The notes under the pieces were generated by a model. That model had not been told where the DNA came from and did not search any database. It saw only the letters and a program-made list of their open reading frames with translations. Below are positions 1 to 11,200 of a DNA stretch of 64,000 nt, piece after piece (positions within the stretch are counted from its first letter, which is position 1; every line of letters begins with the position of its first letter). Source of the stretch: a virus; the IMG/VR virus record IMGVR_UViG_3300042448_002155, positions 32,001 to 96,000 of that record. One strand, 5' to 3'. Position numbers and translations under genes: made by a program.

Positions 1-3000
1 GTCCATTTTGACCCGATTAGATTCTACAACAATCGGCTCTACCATTTGTTTGCCGGTATAATTATCAATGATTGATACATTTAAAATATCTTCATACGCT
101 AGATAAATTATTTGATCAGCACTGGCGTTCACTATTTCACTATTCTGAAAAGTTAACTTTCCAGGAGTAGCGGCGTCTTCGAAAACAATATTTCTATAGC
201 TCTGACCATTAACATCTACAAGTACGGGTGCGCCATTCCTAGGTGTATTCGAAAGATTAATATTAAAAAATCTTCCAGTAGAAGATTCTGTTACTGGATT
301 TGCATATATGTAATAATCATTTTCATCTAGGTACATCCAGCCTGTATGAAGTGCTGATCGCTGCTCTTCAATTAAGAATCTATCTTTTTTAGCATGTATG
401 TCTACTGACATTTCAATTTCTTGGCTAAAAGAAGAATTCAGATCGCTTAGGAGTCTGTTTCGAGATTCTGCATAAGCTTCTATTTCATCTTGTCCAGTAT
501 CAAATGTTGCATCTTTTATTATATAGACATCATTTTCGATAAGACCAAAAGAACTTTTGTCCAAATATATCTTACTTAAAAAAGAATCAGTATTGAAGTA
601 AGAGTTAGATTCATTTTCGCTTGATTCATAAACATTATCTAATGAATCTATGTATCCACTAAAAAGATTAGGAGTTGTTTGAGCCGTAAATGATTCATAG
701 GTATCAAAATATATTGGATAATAATTTGATGTAGCTGACTCGATTAGTAGATAGTGCGGTGTTGCTGCATAATTAATTGTAGCAGAATCAAAATAATCAG
801 CTGCCCCCAATGACACATCTAAAGAATCAAAAGGTTGCCATAATATATTTGGAGAAGATGAAACTAAATATTGCGAGTTGTCATCTGGATTTATAGTTCT
901 TCCGCCAATAATTCCTGATTCTATATCTTCTGCTCCAAAATATCCTAGGCCATTTGGGGCTTCAACGTTTACATAAAGGTACTGAGGAGTAGCACTCGGG
1001 GGCAAAATGACTCTATCTAGCAAATCATTTACATAAATAGACTTTGTTGAGGTACCTAAGATGGAAGGATCATTTTGCGGATTCAGACTAAAGGTATTTT
1101 TTAATATATTGGTATTTAAAGATACTACTTTTGTTGCGTAGTTTGTAGATCCAATTTTTATGTTTGCATCTTGTGGGCGCCTATTTGGAGTGGCCATTGA
1201 TGTGTAGGAATTGGCAGCTGGGTTAGTATAGTAATTTGGAGTACTCGTAGTAAAGGAGGCCCAATAGCTTGCAGTCGCAAGGGAAGTATCATATGCTTGA
1301 GAGACATAATTCCATCCGCCATTTGAGAAGACTATCTTTACTGAAGAAGCGTCATTAAAGGTAATGTTATTAGTTATGGGAGATGCATGGGTGTTTAGGT
1401 AGATCTGATTATATATTTTATCTTTGAATACCACATCAGGAACTGTGTTACCTTCCTGATCAAATATTCTAATATAGTTAAATTCAGGACTAGCAGAACT
1501 TGTAGCTGGAAATCTATTTCCAACATAAAAATCATCTCTATTGCTATAGTTTAAATTTGAATAGAATGTAGAAGGAGTAGCATAGTTGTCATGTGGCGGC
1601 ATTATTATTTCATATGTTAATCCAACTCCAACATCCTGAACTACTCCAGATTTTCTTCTGCCGGCTTCGTAATCCTGAACAGTTCTTAAGTAGTTAACAT
1701 ACCATGAATAGTCTACAAGGATTGGCGTGTAGGCGTACTCTATCCCGGTTTTATGCACTCCGGCTATAGACATTGACCCATCGAATGATATGGTGGATTT
1801 CTCTAGCGATTCTAGAATAAATCTTCCGTCAGAAAAATCTCCGATACCTGGCTGATAATATTCTGACAGTGGAGATGTACCTATGTCATATATAGCAGGT
1901 ATTCTAGCGACACCTTCGCCATCTAATCCGGAGTAGTCCCAAGTTCCCTCGCCCCATCTAACGTATCCTATATTGGATGGATACCTACTATTTAGATCAT
2001 TTACTAAATCTTTGAAGATTTTTTCTGGCCTACCAGAAGGTGAAAAGTACGGTGTTGTTTTTTCTAAGTCTGAAATTTCATATATACCTGGAAAAGATTG
2101 AGTGCTAGCAGAGTTTACATCTAGGCCGTAAGCATTCCAAATGTCTAACTCTCTTCTCAGTGTTCTCTTTAGGCCGTCGGCATAGATTGCTGGAACATTT
2201 TGTGAAACATCTAATATTCTTTTTTTGTATCTAGAATTAGTTTCTTTATATAGTCTTTGTAAGCCTGTTTTTGCGCCAAACTCATCAAAATCGTTAAAGA
2301 TGTTAACTGCGTACTGCTCGTAGGGAGATCCGTTAATTAATAATGAGACATATTCTCTCATCATGAGAATTTGCTTATCTATTGCATTGTAGTAATAAAC
2401 GTGATCTGTTATTTTACTTCTATGAAAATCTGCCAAAGAGTTTACTGGTACAACATTAACGTCATCTCCAACGACAGTCTGAAGATTGGTTGGAGTATCG
2501 TACGATACGAAAGCCCAAGCGAGCATGTCTTCGTCGGCGCTATTGATAAATGCGTTGATGTCTCTCAAGTCCATTTGTGAAACTATGTCATCTATATTTT
2601 CCTGGACTAATGCTGTCAGGAATTTACCGCCTGTAGATTCAGGAATGGCTAGAGAGGGCGTAGCAGGCTCTAGGGAGTCATCAAATAGCTTTGTCCATGT
2701 TGGGAATCTTCTTAAGATATTCCTTGCTACAGTCGAAACTACTGGAGATGTAGGCTCATGTATGCCTATTTCCAAATAAAATAATAGTCCTAAATTTGAA
2801 ACATCTAAGTTTTCGGAAAATATTTCAAGTTCTATTTTTATCCATGGTTTAGAATTTCTAATAAATATAACATTAGAATCAAATGACAGAGAGGACTTTA
2901 ACCATGGCCCATTTTCTACATCAGATTCATGAATCTGGATATTGAAAGACGGAGTCTCAAGTCCTTGCGTATTAGTGAAAGTGTGCTTATAAGCTAGTAT

Positions 3001-3330
3001 GTCTATTCTTGAGCTAGTGTCCAAAAAGCGTAGCAGGTCGGGCGTAGCGGGCTCATAGACTATTTCTCCAACGTTAGTTACATACACCACATTAGAGCTA
3101 AGGGGTGTAGATGATTCCTGAGAATAGGAAGGCGAAGTAACTTCGGTACCAACGTAAGTATTGTCTCCGATTAAATTAAGACCATAGCGAGACCTGGTGT
3201 AGGAGTAGTTCTTATATTGACTATTGCTATACAGGTTTACGGCGTTACTTGTCCATAGGGGATTTCCTGTTAAAGCGTTAGATGTCTTGACGAAATCTCC
3301 GCTTTTAAAAAGTAACAAGTATTGCTTCAT
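1..3330 (-). CDS. Large baseplate wedge-like structural protein, 3'-truncated by the window edge (>=1110 aa; absent from the ORF track)
   Basis: ATG at 3330 with GAGG upstream. Translates MKQYLLLFKSGDFVK...; the segments I translated in this frame, including the last codons down to position 1, have no stop. Contains FNDFDEFGAKTGLQRLYKETNSRYKKRILD, resembling the LD..G...GL.R...ET...Y..RI wedge signature. Lies directly after baseplate J. Confidence 0.75.
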   Translation of the reverse strand, partial: MKQYLLLFKSGDFVKTSNALTGNPLWTSNAVNLYSNSQYKNYSYTRSRYGLNLIGDNTYVGTEVTSPSYSQESSTPLSSNVVYVTNVGEIVYEPATPDLLRFLDTSSRIDILAYKHTFTNTQGLETPSFNIQIHESDVENGPWLKSSLSFDSNVIFIRNSKPWIKIELEIFSENLDVSNLGLLFYLEIGIHEPTSPVVSTVARNILRRFPTWTKLFDDSLEPATPSLAIPESTGGKFLTALVQENIDDIVSQMDLRDINAFINSADEDMLAWAFVSYDTPTNLQTVVGDDVNVVPVNSLADFHRSKITDHVYYYNAIDKQILMMREYVSLLINGSPYEQYAVNIFNDFDEFGAKTGLQRLYKETNSRYKKRILDVSQNVPAIYADGLKRTLRRELDIWNAYGLDVNSASTQSFPGIYEISDLEKTTPYFSPSGRPEKIFKDLVNDLNSRYPSNIGYVRWGEGTWDYSGLDGEGVARIPAIYDIGTSPLSEYYQPGIGDFSDGRFILESLEKSTISFDGSMSIAGVHKTGIEYAYTPILVDYSWYVNYLRTVQDYEAGRRKSGVVQDVGVGLTYEIIMPPHDNYATPSTFYSNLNYSNRDDFYVGNRFPATSSASPEFNYIRIFDQEGNTVPDVVFKDKIYNQIYLNTHASPITNNITFNDASSVKIVFSNGGWNYVSQAYDTSLATASYWASFTTSTPNYYTNPAANSYTSMATPNRRPQDANIKIGSTNYATKVVSLNTNILKNTFSLNPQNDPSILGTSTKSIYVNDLLDRVILPPSATPQYLYVNVEAPNGLGYFGAEDIESGIIGGRTINPDDNSQYLVSSSPNILWQPFDSLDVSLGAADYFDSATINYAATPHYLLIESATSNYYPIYFDTYESFTAQTTPNLFSGYIDSLDNVYESSENESNSYFNTDSFLSKIYLDKSSFGLIENDVYIIKDATFDTGQDEIEAYAESRNRLLSDLNSSFSQEIEMSVDIHAKKDRFLIEEQRSALHTGWMYLDENDYYIYANPVTESSTGRFFNINLSNTPRNGAPVLVDVNGQSYRNIVFEDAATPGKLTFQNSEIVNASADQIIYLAYEDILNVSIIDNYTGKQMVEPIVVESNRVKMD

Positions 3331-3393
3331 TTAATCCTCAGTTTAATTAAAGTTATTGTATAAATAAAATATATTTATTTATATAGCTTATTT

Positions 3394-4563
3394 TTAATAA
3401 GTTGCAGATCCCATTATAACAGAATTTATAGTGACAGTTCCAGCGGAAACATATTTTTTAATGCCTTCTAAGGAAAAATCTTGTATAGACAATTCCTTGC
3501 CATCCGCTGTGAGACTTGAAACAATTGCACTTCTGATGTAGTCAGACGATCTATTGATTTGGGCTTCAATTTCCTTTATGGATACCGAGTCTCCAATAGT
3601 CAATGAATTTAAATACCTCTTAATGAATAAAGATGCCTGATTTTTAATGCCAGAAGATAAGGTTTCAGATACGCCCATGGGAATTCTGATCGTAGCACCA
3701 ACTGATACTGTTACCTTTTCGGCTATTCGAATATTTAGCTTAATGCCGACGGGCTTAACTGCATTAACTGCTATCAAAACGTTTTGTGGAAGATTACTTA
3801 AACCACTTGTAGTCTCTGGCACAACTACAACATCGCAAGATCCAATTCCATACGATCCTTCTCTAATTCTTACATCCCTTACTCCTCTTACGGCGAGGGC
3901 AGCAAACCTTACCGACTCAGCGCTTCCTATGGCTTTTGACTTAATCGAGGCAATTATTCTTCTTCTAAAGTTGGAGTCAGATTCTGAATTTATATTGGAA
4001 TATACTTCCTTAGGATTATTGCAAAATAGTATTACTCCAGCTGGAGAAAAGAAGTTATGCTTTGTTAAGGAGTTAACTGGAGCGACATAGGCGTTGTCGG
4101 AAAAGTTTGGTTCCACCCTACCATAAGCCCTAGTGGACCCAACCGGAATAACTACATCTCCAGCTAATTTAAAGCCATATTGTGTAGAGATAAAGTTAGA
4201 CACATCATTGTATACTAATACGCCTTTTGGTATTGTAATTGATGTACTATGGGCTTTATCTATGAAGAATTCTATATTGAATGATTGCCTGTCTTCAGAG
4301 GCATACTCTGTTATGCTCTTTCTTGAAATCCCATAAAGGTCGCCAATAAGATCTAAGTTTCTACCGGATGCGCTAGACAAATTACTTTGATTTATATTAA
4401 ATTTTAATGCCTCATAAAGATCTGACACTTCAGAGCTAAACGCCTCAGCAAATGCCCTGGCAATAGACCCTGGATAGACTGCAGATATTCCTGCATCTTT
4501 CTGTAAAGAATTTAATATATTTATTAATATATCTGACTTGCTCTTAATACCGTAAACAGACAT
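3394..4563 (-). CDS. Baseplate J / gp6-like wedge protein
   Basis: PGSIARAF, SASGRNLDLIGDLYGISRK, ESDSNFRRRI, AVKPVGI motifs; follows a gp25-like gene. Confidence 0.9.
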   Translation of the reverse strand: MSVYGIKSKSDILINILNSLQKDAGISAVYPGSIARAFAEAFSSEVSDLYEALKFNINQSNLSSASGRNLDLIGDLYGISRKSITEYASEDRQSFNIEFFIDKAHSTSITIPKGVLVYNDVSNFISTQYGFKLAGDVVIPVGSTRAYGRVEPNFSDNAYVAPVNSLTKHNFFSPAGVILFCNNPKEVYSNINSESDSNFRRRIIASIKSKAIGSAESVRFAALAVRGVRDVRIREGSYGIGSCDVVVVPETTSGLSNLPQNVLIAVNAVKPVGIKLNIRIAEKVTVSVGATIRIPMGVSETLSSGIKNQASLFIKRYLNSLTIGDSVSIKEIEAQINRSSDYIRSAIVSSLTADGKELSIQDFSLEGIKKYVSAGTVTINSVIMGSATY

Positions 4564-4566
4564 TTA

Positions 4567-4947
4567 TTAATCTCCTAGATTTTGACTTACTGATAAAATT
4601 ATGGGCTCATCTATATCTGACACTATATGAATATCAAACTTAATAGTATCCTTACTGGTTGGGACTGCGGTTATCTTAATATTGCGCCCCTTGAAAAGCC
4701 CCTCCCTTTGAAGGCCAGCTCGAATAAGATTTTTTCCAAATTCCGCTGTTTCCTTTGTTTGTGGCAATCCGTAAAGTCTAGACAGATCTATACCAAGCTG
4801 AGGATATATATAAAAGTCTCCAGGCTCTGTCATCAATCTTAAGTAGATTTGTTGTATATCTTCCTGCATAGACGATGGAGCTAAGGATAAGTCTTTATTT
4901 CCATTGATGAGAAAGTCTCCATTTAAAGTAAAATATAGGTCACTCAT
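4567..4947 (-). CDS. Baseplate wedge gp25-like (sheath initiator) protein
   Basis: 126 aa; QQIYLRLMTEPGDFYIYPQLGIDL resembles the gp25/GPW pattern; position upstream of baseplate J. Confidence 0.85.
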   Translation of the reverse strand: MSDLYFTLNGDFLINGNKDLSLAPSSMQEDIQQIYLRLMTEPGDFYIYPQLGIDLSRLYGLPQTKETAEFGKNLIRAGLQREGLFKGRNIKITAVPTSKDTIKFDIHIVSDIDEPIILSVSQNLGD

Positions 4948-5584
4948 TAATTTCCTCTAATGCTAACTGATGTGCTTGTTCGAAAGATGCTCCATCCTTC
5001 ATGAGATTTATCATGTACAGGATATGCTCTTTAGAATAGTCAGATTGATATATCTCCAATAGTCCTATTTGTTCGTTTGTCAGTCCATCTATGCTATATT
5101 CTGACTGATAATTCTGCTTAAGAGGGTCTATTGATGGGGCAAATCCATATTCACCTGTTATAGTAATAGGTTTTTGCTTTTCTTCCTGATCATATTTTTT
5201 AGCTGAATCTAAATAATAACTAACGCCATTTTGTGCAGAATGTATCAAATTATGATTTATTTTAACTAAAGTTGGCTCAATATAGGATGAGGCTGCGTAG
5301 TTAAAATTGTAGCTATTCCACCTAAGGCCGTCTTCTTTTGTGTTAATTCGAACAGAATCTCCAAAAAAAGAAATAGATTTTGACCTTGCGCTGATTATTA
5401 TTCCTATCCCTGGCGCAGCAAAAATCTCTATATCGCCTTGATCATTTAGTCTTATAAAGCTAGATAGGTCCGGATGACTTAAACCTACCTCTCTGTCGGA
5501 AAACTCTTTTCTTTTTTTTATCTCAGACGATACTGGTATGGGGGAATCTTGGTAGTTTATTTTATTTATTGATTGCCTGCTCAT
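4940..5584 (-). CDS. Putative baseplate spike protein, beta-strand repeat part
   Basis: SFIRLNDQGDIEIFAAPGIGIIISARSKSISFFGDSVRI resembles gp5/gpV beta-helix strands; position between an OB-fold gene and gp25. Confidence 0.5.
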   Translation of the reverse strand: MSRQSINKINYQDSPIPVSSEIKKRKEFSDREVGLSHPDLSSFIRLNDQGDIEIFAAPGIGIIISARSKSISFFGDSVRINTKEDGLRWNSYNFNYAASSYIEPTLVKINHNLIHSAQNGVSYYLDSAKKYDQEEKQKPITITGEYGFAPSIDPLKQNYQSEYSIDGLTNEQIGLLEIYQSDYSKEHILYMINLMKDGASFEQAHQLALEEINE

Positions 5585-5952
5585 TAGTGAACCATAAACC
5601 TTGGTACTCCTGTATTGACCCTATACTGATATGCTCTATTGTATCCAGAATTTGTATCATCATAGTAATTAATTATATAAGGTCTAGATTCATTATTGTC
5701 TCTAAAGCCTATCAGGCATCTTGAGCCCGGGACTGGCGCTACTACTTGAACGCCCCTTAGACTGGGACAAACTACATCTTTAACTATATTTCCTAGATTT
5801 TCAGAATACTGATCTTCCAATACTACAACCGCAGTGTTGCTAATATTACTATAGGACATGATAACTCCAGGCCTCGTCTTGGCCTTTTGCATTTCGGACA
5901 AATTAATTTGGTCCTGTATTTTTTTATCAAACTTTGGATAATTAACTGGCAT
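5584..5952 (-). CDS. Putative baseplate spike N-terminal OB-fold protein (gpV/gp5-like)
   Basis: VVAPVPGSRCLIGFRDNNESRPYII resembles the P..G..V.v.F..g....P.i OB-fold pattern. Confidence 0.6.
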   Translation of the reverse strand: MPVNYPKFDKKIQDQINLSEMQKAKTRPGVIMSYSNISNTAVVVLEDQYSENLGNIVKDVVCPSLRGVQVVAPVPGSRCLIGFRDNNESRPYIINYYDDTNSGYNRAYQYRVNTGVPRFMVH

Positions 5953-5983
5953 AAAAAATCTCCTTATTCATAAACTATAATAC

Positions 5984-8218
5984 TTAATTATTATTTACTA
6001 AAATTGCGCCATCTAGCCATTGGGTGATATACGCAGCAGAATTCTTGTTTTGCGTACCAGAATCTTTGGCGTATACATCTTTAACCCATTGCTTCAGTGC
6101 TGCTCGAGTTCCTCCACCACTTTCATAAACCCTTACGGCGTCGTCAAATTTAACTGATCCTATCCATCCATAAGGCTTCTTGTAGTTATCGCCCCACGCT
6201 TGGAATTGATATCCGGTCTCTGGCGTCATTCCTAATTTTGTAAAACCATAGGATGGGGGACCTCCCATTCTCAAGGTATAAAACATGTATGCTTGATTTA
6301 ATGGTATCCAAACTCTATGGTCAACTAGTTCTCTTAATTTTTCAACAGTGGAATTGTATGTGCCTTGTGCTCGATAGTATTTATATTTTTCACTTAATTT
6401 TCTATTATAGGTATCTGCAGTAGGGGGTTGTTCTCCTGGAAAAACTGTGGTCCAGTTTTTGCTTGCCATTTGCCAACCCTGAAGCTGCTCTTTTCTTGAG
6501 CCTTCTGTTAATTCATAAAGTTTCCCACCATGTGCATTTGTTGACATATTGATCTGAAATATACCTAAAGACATGAAGTCACCGGTACTAGTATTAGGAT
6601 TACATGAAGTTGGACAGCCTCCACCACTTTCTCTGACGGTAATTGCCGTAAAAATTGCTGCGACTTCCTTTGAGCATACGGTCGTATGCAGTAGCTCGTA
6701 AACTGCGTCTTGTCCTATATTCTCTCCCCAACGACCATAATAATTTGTTGTAAGAATAGAACTAGGAGTAGTTGTTCTTGTATCGGGGAATGTGCCAATT
6801 CCCGGAATATAGATTGTTCCAGGGGGTGAAGCTGTTTCATTGGAATAATCATCATAAATTATTCCTGCTGCATTCATTTGTCCATCAGGGCCCGTATACT
6901 TTCCTGCGCGCATTCCACTAAAACTTAGGTGTATATGATTTGTGTGAGCGTTATCTCTGTTGTCGGCAAAGAAGTTTACATATTCTAACTCTGGTCGACT
7001 TATTTTAAATGCGCATGTGCTAGCGTCATCGTTACCACTTTGATCAATTCCATAACTGATGGCATAGTCCTGATGAACGCACATCAAATCAGGAAGTAAA
7101 TATCTAGGAACTTCCACTAATGCGTCCAGTAACATATACAATGCGTCATCGTATATTGTTCTGGAAACTCCACCACTTAGATTTATTGGATCTTTATTTA
7201 TTTTACCAACAGATGATATGTCTACAGCTCTTCCACTAGAGTGATCACTCATCCATAATTCGTTCTTTTCATTCAGATCCATTCCCCACTGTCTTCCGGA
7301 ATCAAAACTACCACTAATAACTATTCCCTGTCCGTGCAAATGCAGTAAAAGTTCTATGAGTGCCGGAGCTACATAAGCGTTAGCGTCGGTTGGATTTTGC
7401 AGAATAATATCTTTAGAGATAACTCTTTGTGAAAGATTTACTTTTGCATCTGGAAAAGATGTATCTTCACCATTGTATACCGTAACTCCTTCGCGAGCAA
7501 ACTCGTTAGGAATGTCAAATTTAAAACTTGTACTAAGAAAAGTGCTAGGATACTTGGAACGCAATAATGCTATTCTTCCTTGATACCACCCTTTTTCTTC
7601 TTCAGTCATCTGGGCAAAAAACGCTACATTTCTAAATCCTCCACTTTGCGTTTCAGCGGAGGCTGTTTTATCATTGGAAGACGACGTTGAGTCACTTCCT
7701 CCGTCTTTGCCGCTAAAATTTCCAACACTTATTTGCTGCAGATTTGCTACAGATCTACCTACGAAAGACCCACTGAAATTTTTTCCAGCCAATGAATTTG
7801 CTATAACCCTATTAATTGCATCTCCGCCTGTTAGCTTAACAGTTCCGGTTTCCGCGTTTGATGCAGCGGTTATTTCATCTTCTCCTTGACTTTCTGGATT
7901 ATTAACTGTCAAGTAATCTGGATTTTCTACAGTCCCTGCTGTGGCTATTGATCCACTTCCCGTAATTAAAGTATTTAAAGATGAAGATACACCTCTGGAC
8001 ATTGCTGCAATTGCATACTTTGGGCTCCTAAAAAATGCATCACCGTTAACTACATCGGACAAAGTTCTGGCACTTAAGGTTTGGCCGACCATCGGTCGAC
8101 TTATTGATGCGCTAGTATTTTTGACTGGAGTTTTTCCACCAGGGAAGAAGTCTGCGTGAAGTGAGGTGGCAAACGACGCAGAATCAGATAGAGCTGCATT
8201 ATTAAAACTAAAAGACAT
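5984..8218 (-). CDS. Tail-associated peptidoglycan hydrolase (M15-like Zn peptidase plus lysozyme-like transglycosylase)
   Basis: SDHSSGRAVD and HTNHIHLSF zinc motifs; AITVRESGG...SLGIFQINM SLT motifs; baseplate context. Confidence 0.75.
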   Translation of the reverse strand: MSFSFNNAALSDSASFATSLHADFFPGGKTPVKNTSASISRPMVGQTLSARTLSDVVNGDAFFRSPKYAIAAMSRGVSSSLNTLITGSGSIATAGTVENPDYLTVNNPESQGEDEITAASNAETGTVKLTGGDAINRVIANSLAGKNFSGSFVGRSVANLQQISVGNFSGKDGGSDSTSSSNDKTASAETQSGGFRNVAFFAQMTEEEKGWYQGRIALLRSKYPSTFLSTSFKFDIPNEFAREGVTVYNGEDTSFPDAKVNLSQRVISKDIILQNPTDANAYVAPALIELLLHLHGQGIVISGSFDSGRQWGMDLNEKNELWMSDHSSGRAVDISSVGKINKDPINLSGGVSRTIYDDALYMLLDALVEVPRYLLPDLMCVHQDYAISYGIDQSGNDDASTCAFKISRPELEYVNFFADNRDNAHTNHIHLSFSGMRAGKYTGPDGQMNAAGIIYDDYSNETASPPGTIYIPGIGTFPDTRTTTPSSILTTNYYGRWGENIGQDAVYELLHTTVCSKEVAAIFTAITVRESGGGCPTSCNPNTSTGDFMSLGIFQINMSTNAHGGKLYELTEGSRKEQLQGWQMASKNWTTVFPGEQPPTADTYNRKLSEKYKYYRAQGTYNSTVEKLRELVDHRVWIPLNQAYMFYTLRMGGPPSYGFTKLGMTPETGYQFQAWGDNYKKPYGWIGSVKFDDAVRVYESGGGTRAALKQWVKDVYAKDSGTQNKNSAAYITQWLDGAILVNNN

Positions 8219-8227
8219 TTATTACTC

Positions 8228-11200
8228 CTAAGTTCCGGGATTCAATGTAACTTGTTTTGGAATTAGTGCAGATTCTTCTGCGCTAATAACGGACTGTGAT
8301 TCGACTAAGAGCTGCTTTGTGTATACTGTAGCTAGATTATTGGCTACCAGTTCCCAGTTCAAGCTAACTGGATGGCCATCCTCATAGTACTCGTCCCAAA
8401 ATATAGTAGGCCATTCATCTACTTTATTGTAAGTAGCTTCTAAGACCTTGAAGCAGACTAGGTCATTATAGAATCTATTAAATTCTTGTTCCGGAATTCC
8501 ATAATCATCTAATGCGCTAATTGACAGACTTAATGGTGGAGCATACTGAATATCTAAAGATTTAATTTTATCAAAAATATTACTTCTTTTTATAAAAATT
8601 GGAGACTCTTTATAGATTGAACCCAATCCTGGAAAATCTTTACCAAAGAACTCTTTAGTAACGGGGTTGTCTATGTCTGTTGTAACTATTGTTTTTCCTC
8701 GATTTAACATAAAGCACTGGTTGACAAAGTCTTTTATTTGATTGATCATTGATTCTGGCTGGTAGTACCAAACAGTTCCCAGGATTCGATCGAAAACGTC
8801 TTTTGTATAATTTTCTAATCTATTCTCAGTAGCGCCTGGTTCAAATTGAGCTTCAAATATAACGTTTGTATCTGCTTTGTTTGTAACTTTTATTCTTAAG
8901 ACGAATACTCTATTTTTTAGCTTTGCTTCCGTATACAACATAGCTCTACCTCCAGGAGTGGAAATAGGTGTTATAGTTGTTCCATCGGCACCTGGCTCAT
9001 CTGGAATAGACCCAACTTTCATAGGGCTGGTTTCCCCAGTATTTATTCCATCAAATCTAACAGTAAATGTAGCACCAGATATGACATCCTCAACATCAAA
9101 CGTGTCACCGTCGTTAAACTTAGTAACTGTTGCTATCACCTTAAATAAAGATGTTTGCAGATTTGCTTTTTCTGGACCTAATCCAGAAAGGCTAAGTACG
9201 CGAGCGTGCGTTAGGGCGTTTTCGTAATCGGTATATCTTACTAGATCTTTTATTTCTGTTTCTTGCCAGCCAAGACTCTTTAGTAAGTCATCACTTCTTA
9301 TGAAGGTATTTCCATCGGCAGTTTTGACTTTTGTTCTTGCGCCTAATATTCCTGGCAATAAAGCTTTTGTATGATACCTACCCACTACCATTCCTTGATT
9401 ATACGATAGGCCGGCGTCCATTGGTTGACCATTCTTATTAAGATACTGAACATAGCAGCCATGCTGATCGAGTACATTGTCCCTTAACCATGTCCAACCC
9501 CTCCAGGCTAACTGGCCAACGATTGGAACTGCTCTTGCTACGCTTGCACCCACAACTTGCATAATAGTATCTGCCCCTGAAGCCTTACCCTGCCCCTTGC
9601 TTTCTATTTCTTGTAGTGCTTTATCTGGGAGACTTAGAGCAGTTTGATTTGCCATAATGTCTTTCATCAATGCGGAAGATCCGTGAGTATACTGGACTCC
9701 ACCAATCATTTGAGTGCTCAGTGAATCTGCTAGCGCATCTATGGAAATGTTTCCACCCATATTTATTCCAGTGTTTGATGCCATGATATTATCCATGTAG
9801 AATCTAGTGTCATTCCTCATGTTTTGCATGCTGAGCCATGAGTGCAGCCATGATGACATGAACCATCTGGATGGATCATTTACAGTAACTAAAGCGTTGG
9901 GTGTGACAGTAGTAATGTATCCCATCTCTGAAGTGAAGTGATGCACTACTTGTTCTACTTCAAATATTCCATACATTCTATTATAGACATCAGATAGATA
10001 TACTAAGTCGTGAGGCCTAATGTCTGGATTGCCGATCAGCGTGAGTTCCCCACCATAAATATCTTTAATTGATTCCTTCAAATGAGATAGTGCTACTCTT
10101 CTTGCGGAGAGTTCGTCTGGTGTGCCCTGTAATGTTTTTGCATATCCCCTAAATGATTCTAGCGGGTGCATAAATGGGTGCAGCACTCCGAGGAAACCTG
10201 AGCCAACCATATTATCATAATATAACCCAGTCTCTACTGTAGTTTCTGTTTGGCGCTCGGATGGCGCACCCTTATCTAATGCCACGGTGACTGGATTTTT
10301 TCCATCTGACACTGCGGTGATAACAGTAGAAACATTATTTAAATTCTCTTGAATTTGATTAGATATAATATGAGAGAAGGAACTTAGGTAATGTATTCTC
10401 TGAAATGGCTGACGAATTTCAATTACCGGTTCTCCATATTCTCTAGTGAAAGGATTGTCAACAGCTCTCAATAAGGTACCCGGCCTGCCAAGGGAATAAT
10501 AAATTGAATCATTCAATACTTTATTGAGGATATGAGCTTGTTTACTAAAGTTTCCAACTTCAGAAAGTGCATATCCCATTTGCATCATACTTAGCTTGAA
10601 CATACCCAAGAGTGAGCTCAGACCATCCCCAATAGCCCCAAGTATCGGACCTATATTCTCGCTATAAAAATCTCCTATATCTTCATCTAATCCACCGATA
10701 AATGTTGAAGAATTACTTCCTTCTCCTTTTGTGCTAACTAATAATTTTAAGAATTTATCATTATTTTTAGCGTACTGGCTATAGGGACTGATGAATGCTT
10801 CGAAAACTTTATCTACCGGCTTGAAAGACCATTGCCCATCTTCTCCGCCTCCACCTGGGGTAATAAATCCACGCTTTCTATCCGGTCTGAGGACTAACCA
10901 AGCCCTACCGTAACCTGTACTCCAAAGCTTTTGTCTAAATAATCCAACCATTAATAGGAAGAGCTGCTTAGGCGTATTGATCACTTCAGCTAGCTTTATA
11001 GCTGCTGCTGGATCATCTTTATTTTCAATTGAAATTGAAAGCGCGTTATTAATTACCTGTGATTCAAAAAAGTTTGATCGAATTCCATCTAGAGATCTAG
11101 TGATGACACTATTAAAGTACTGTATTATTCCAGCGTCTCCGCGTATTCCCTTACTTTCGTAATCTATATAGTTTTTTCTAATAAATTCTACAGCTTCTAT

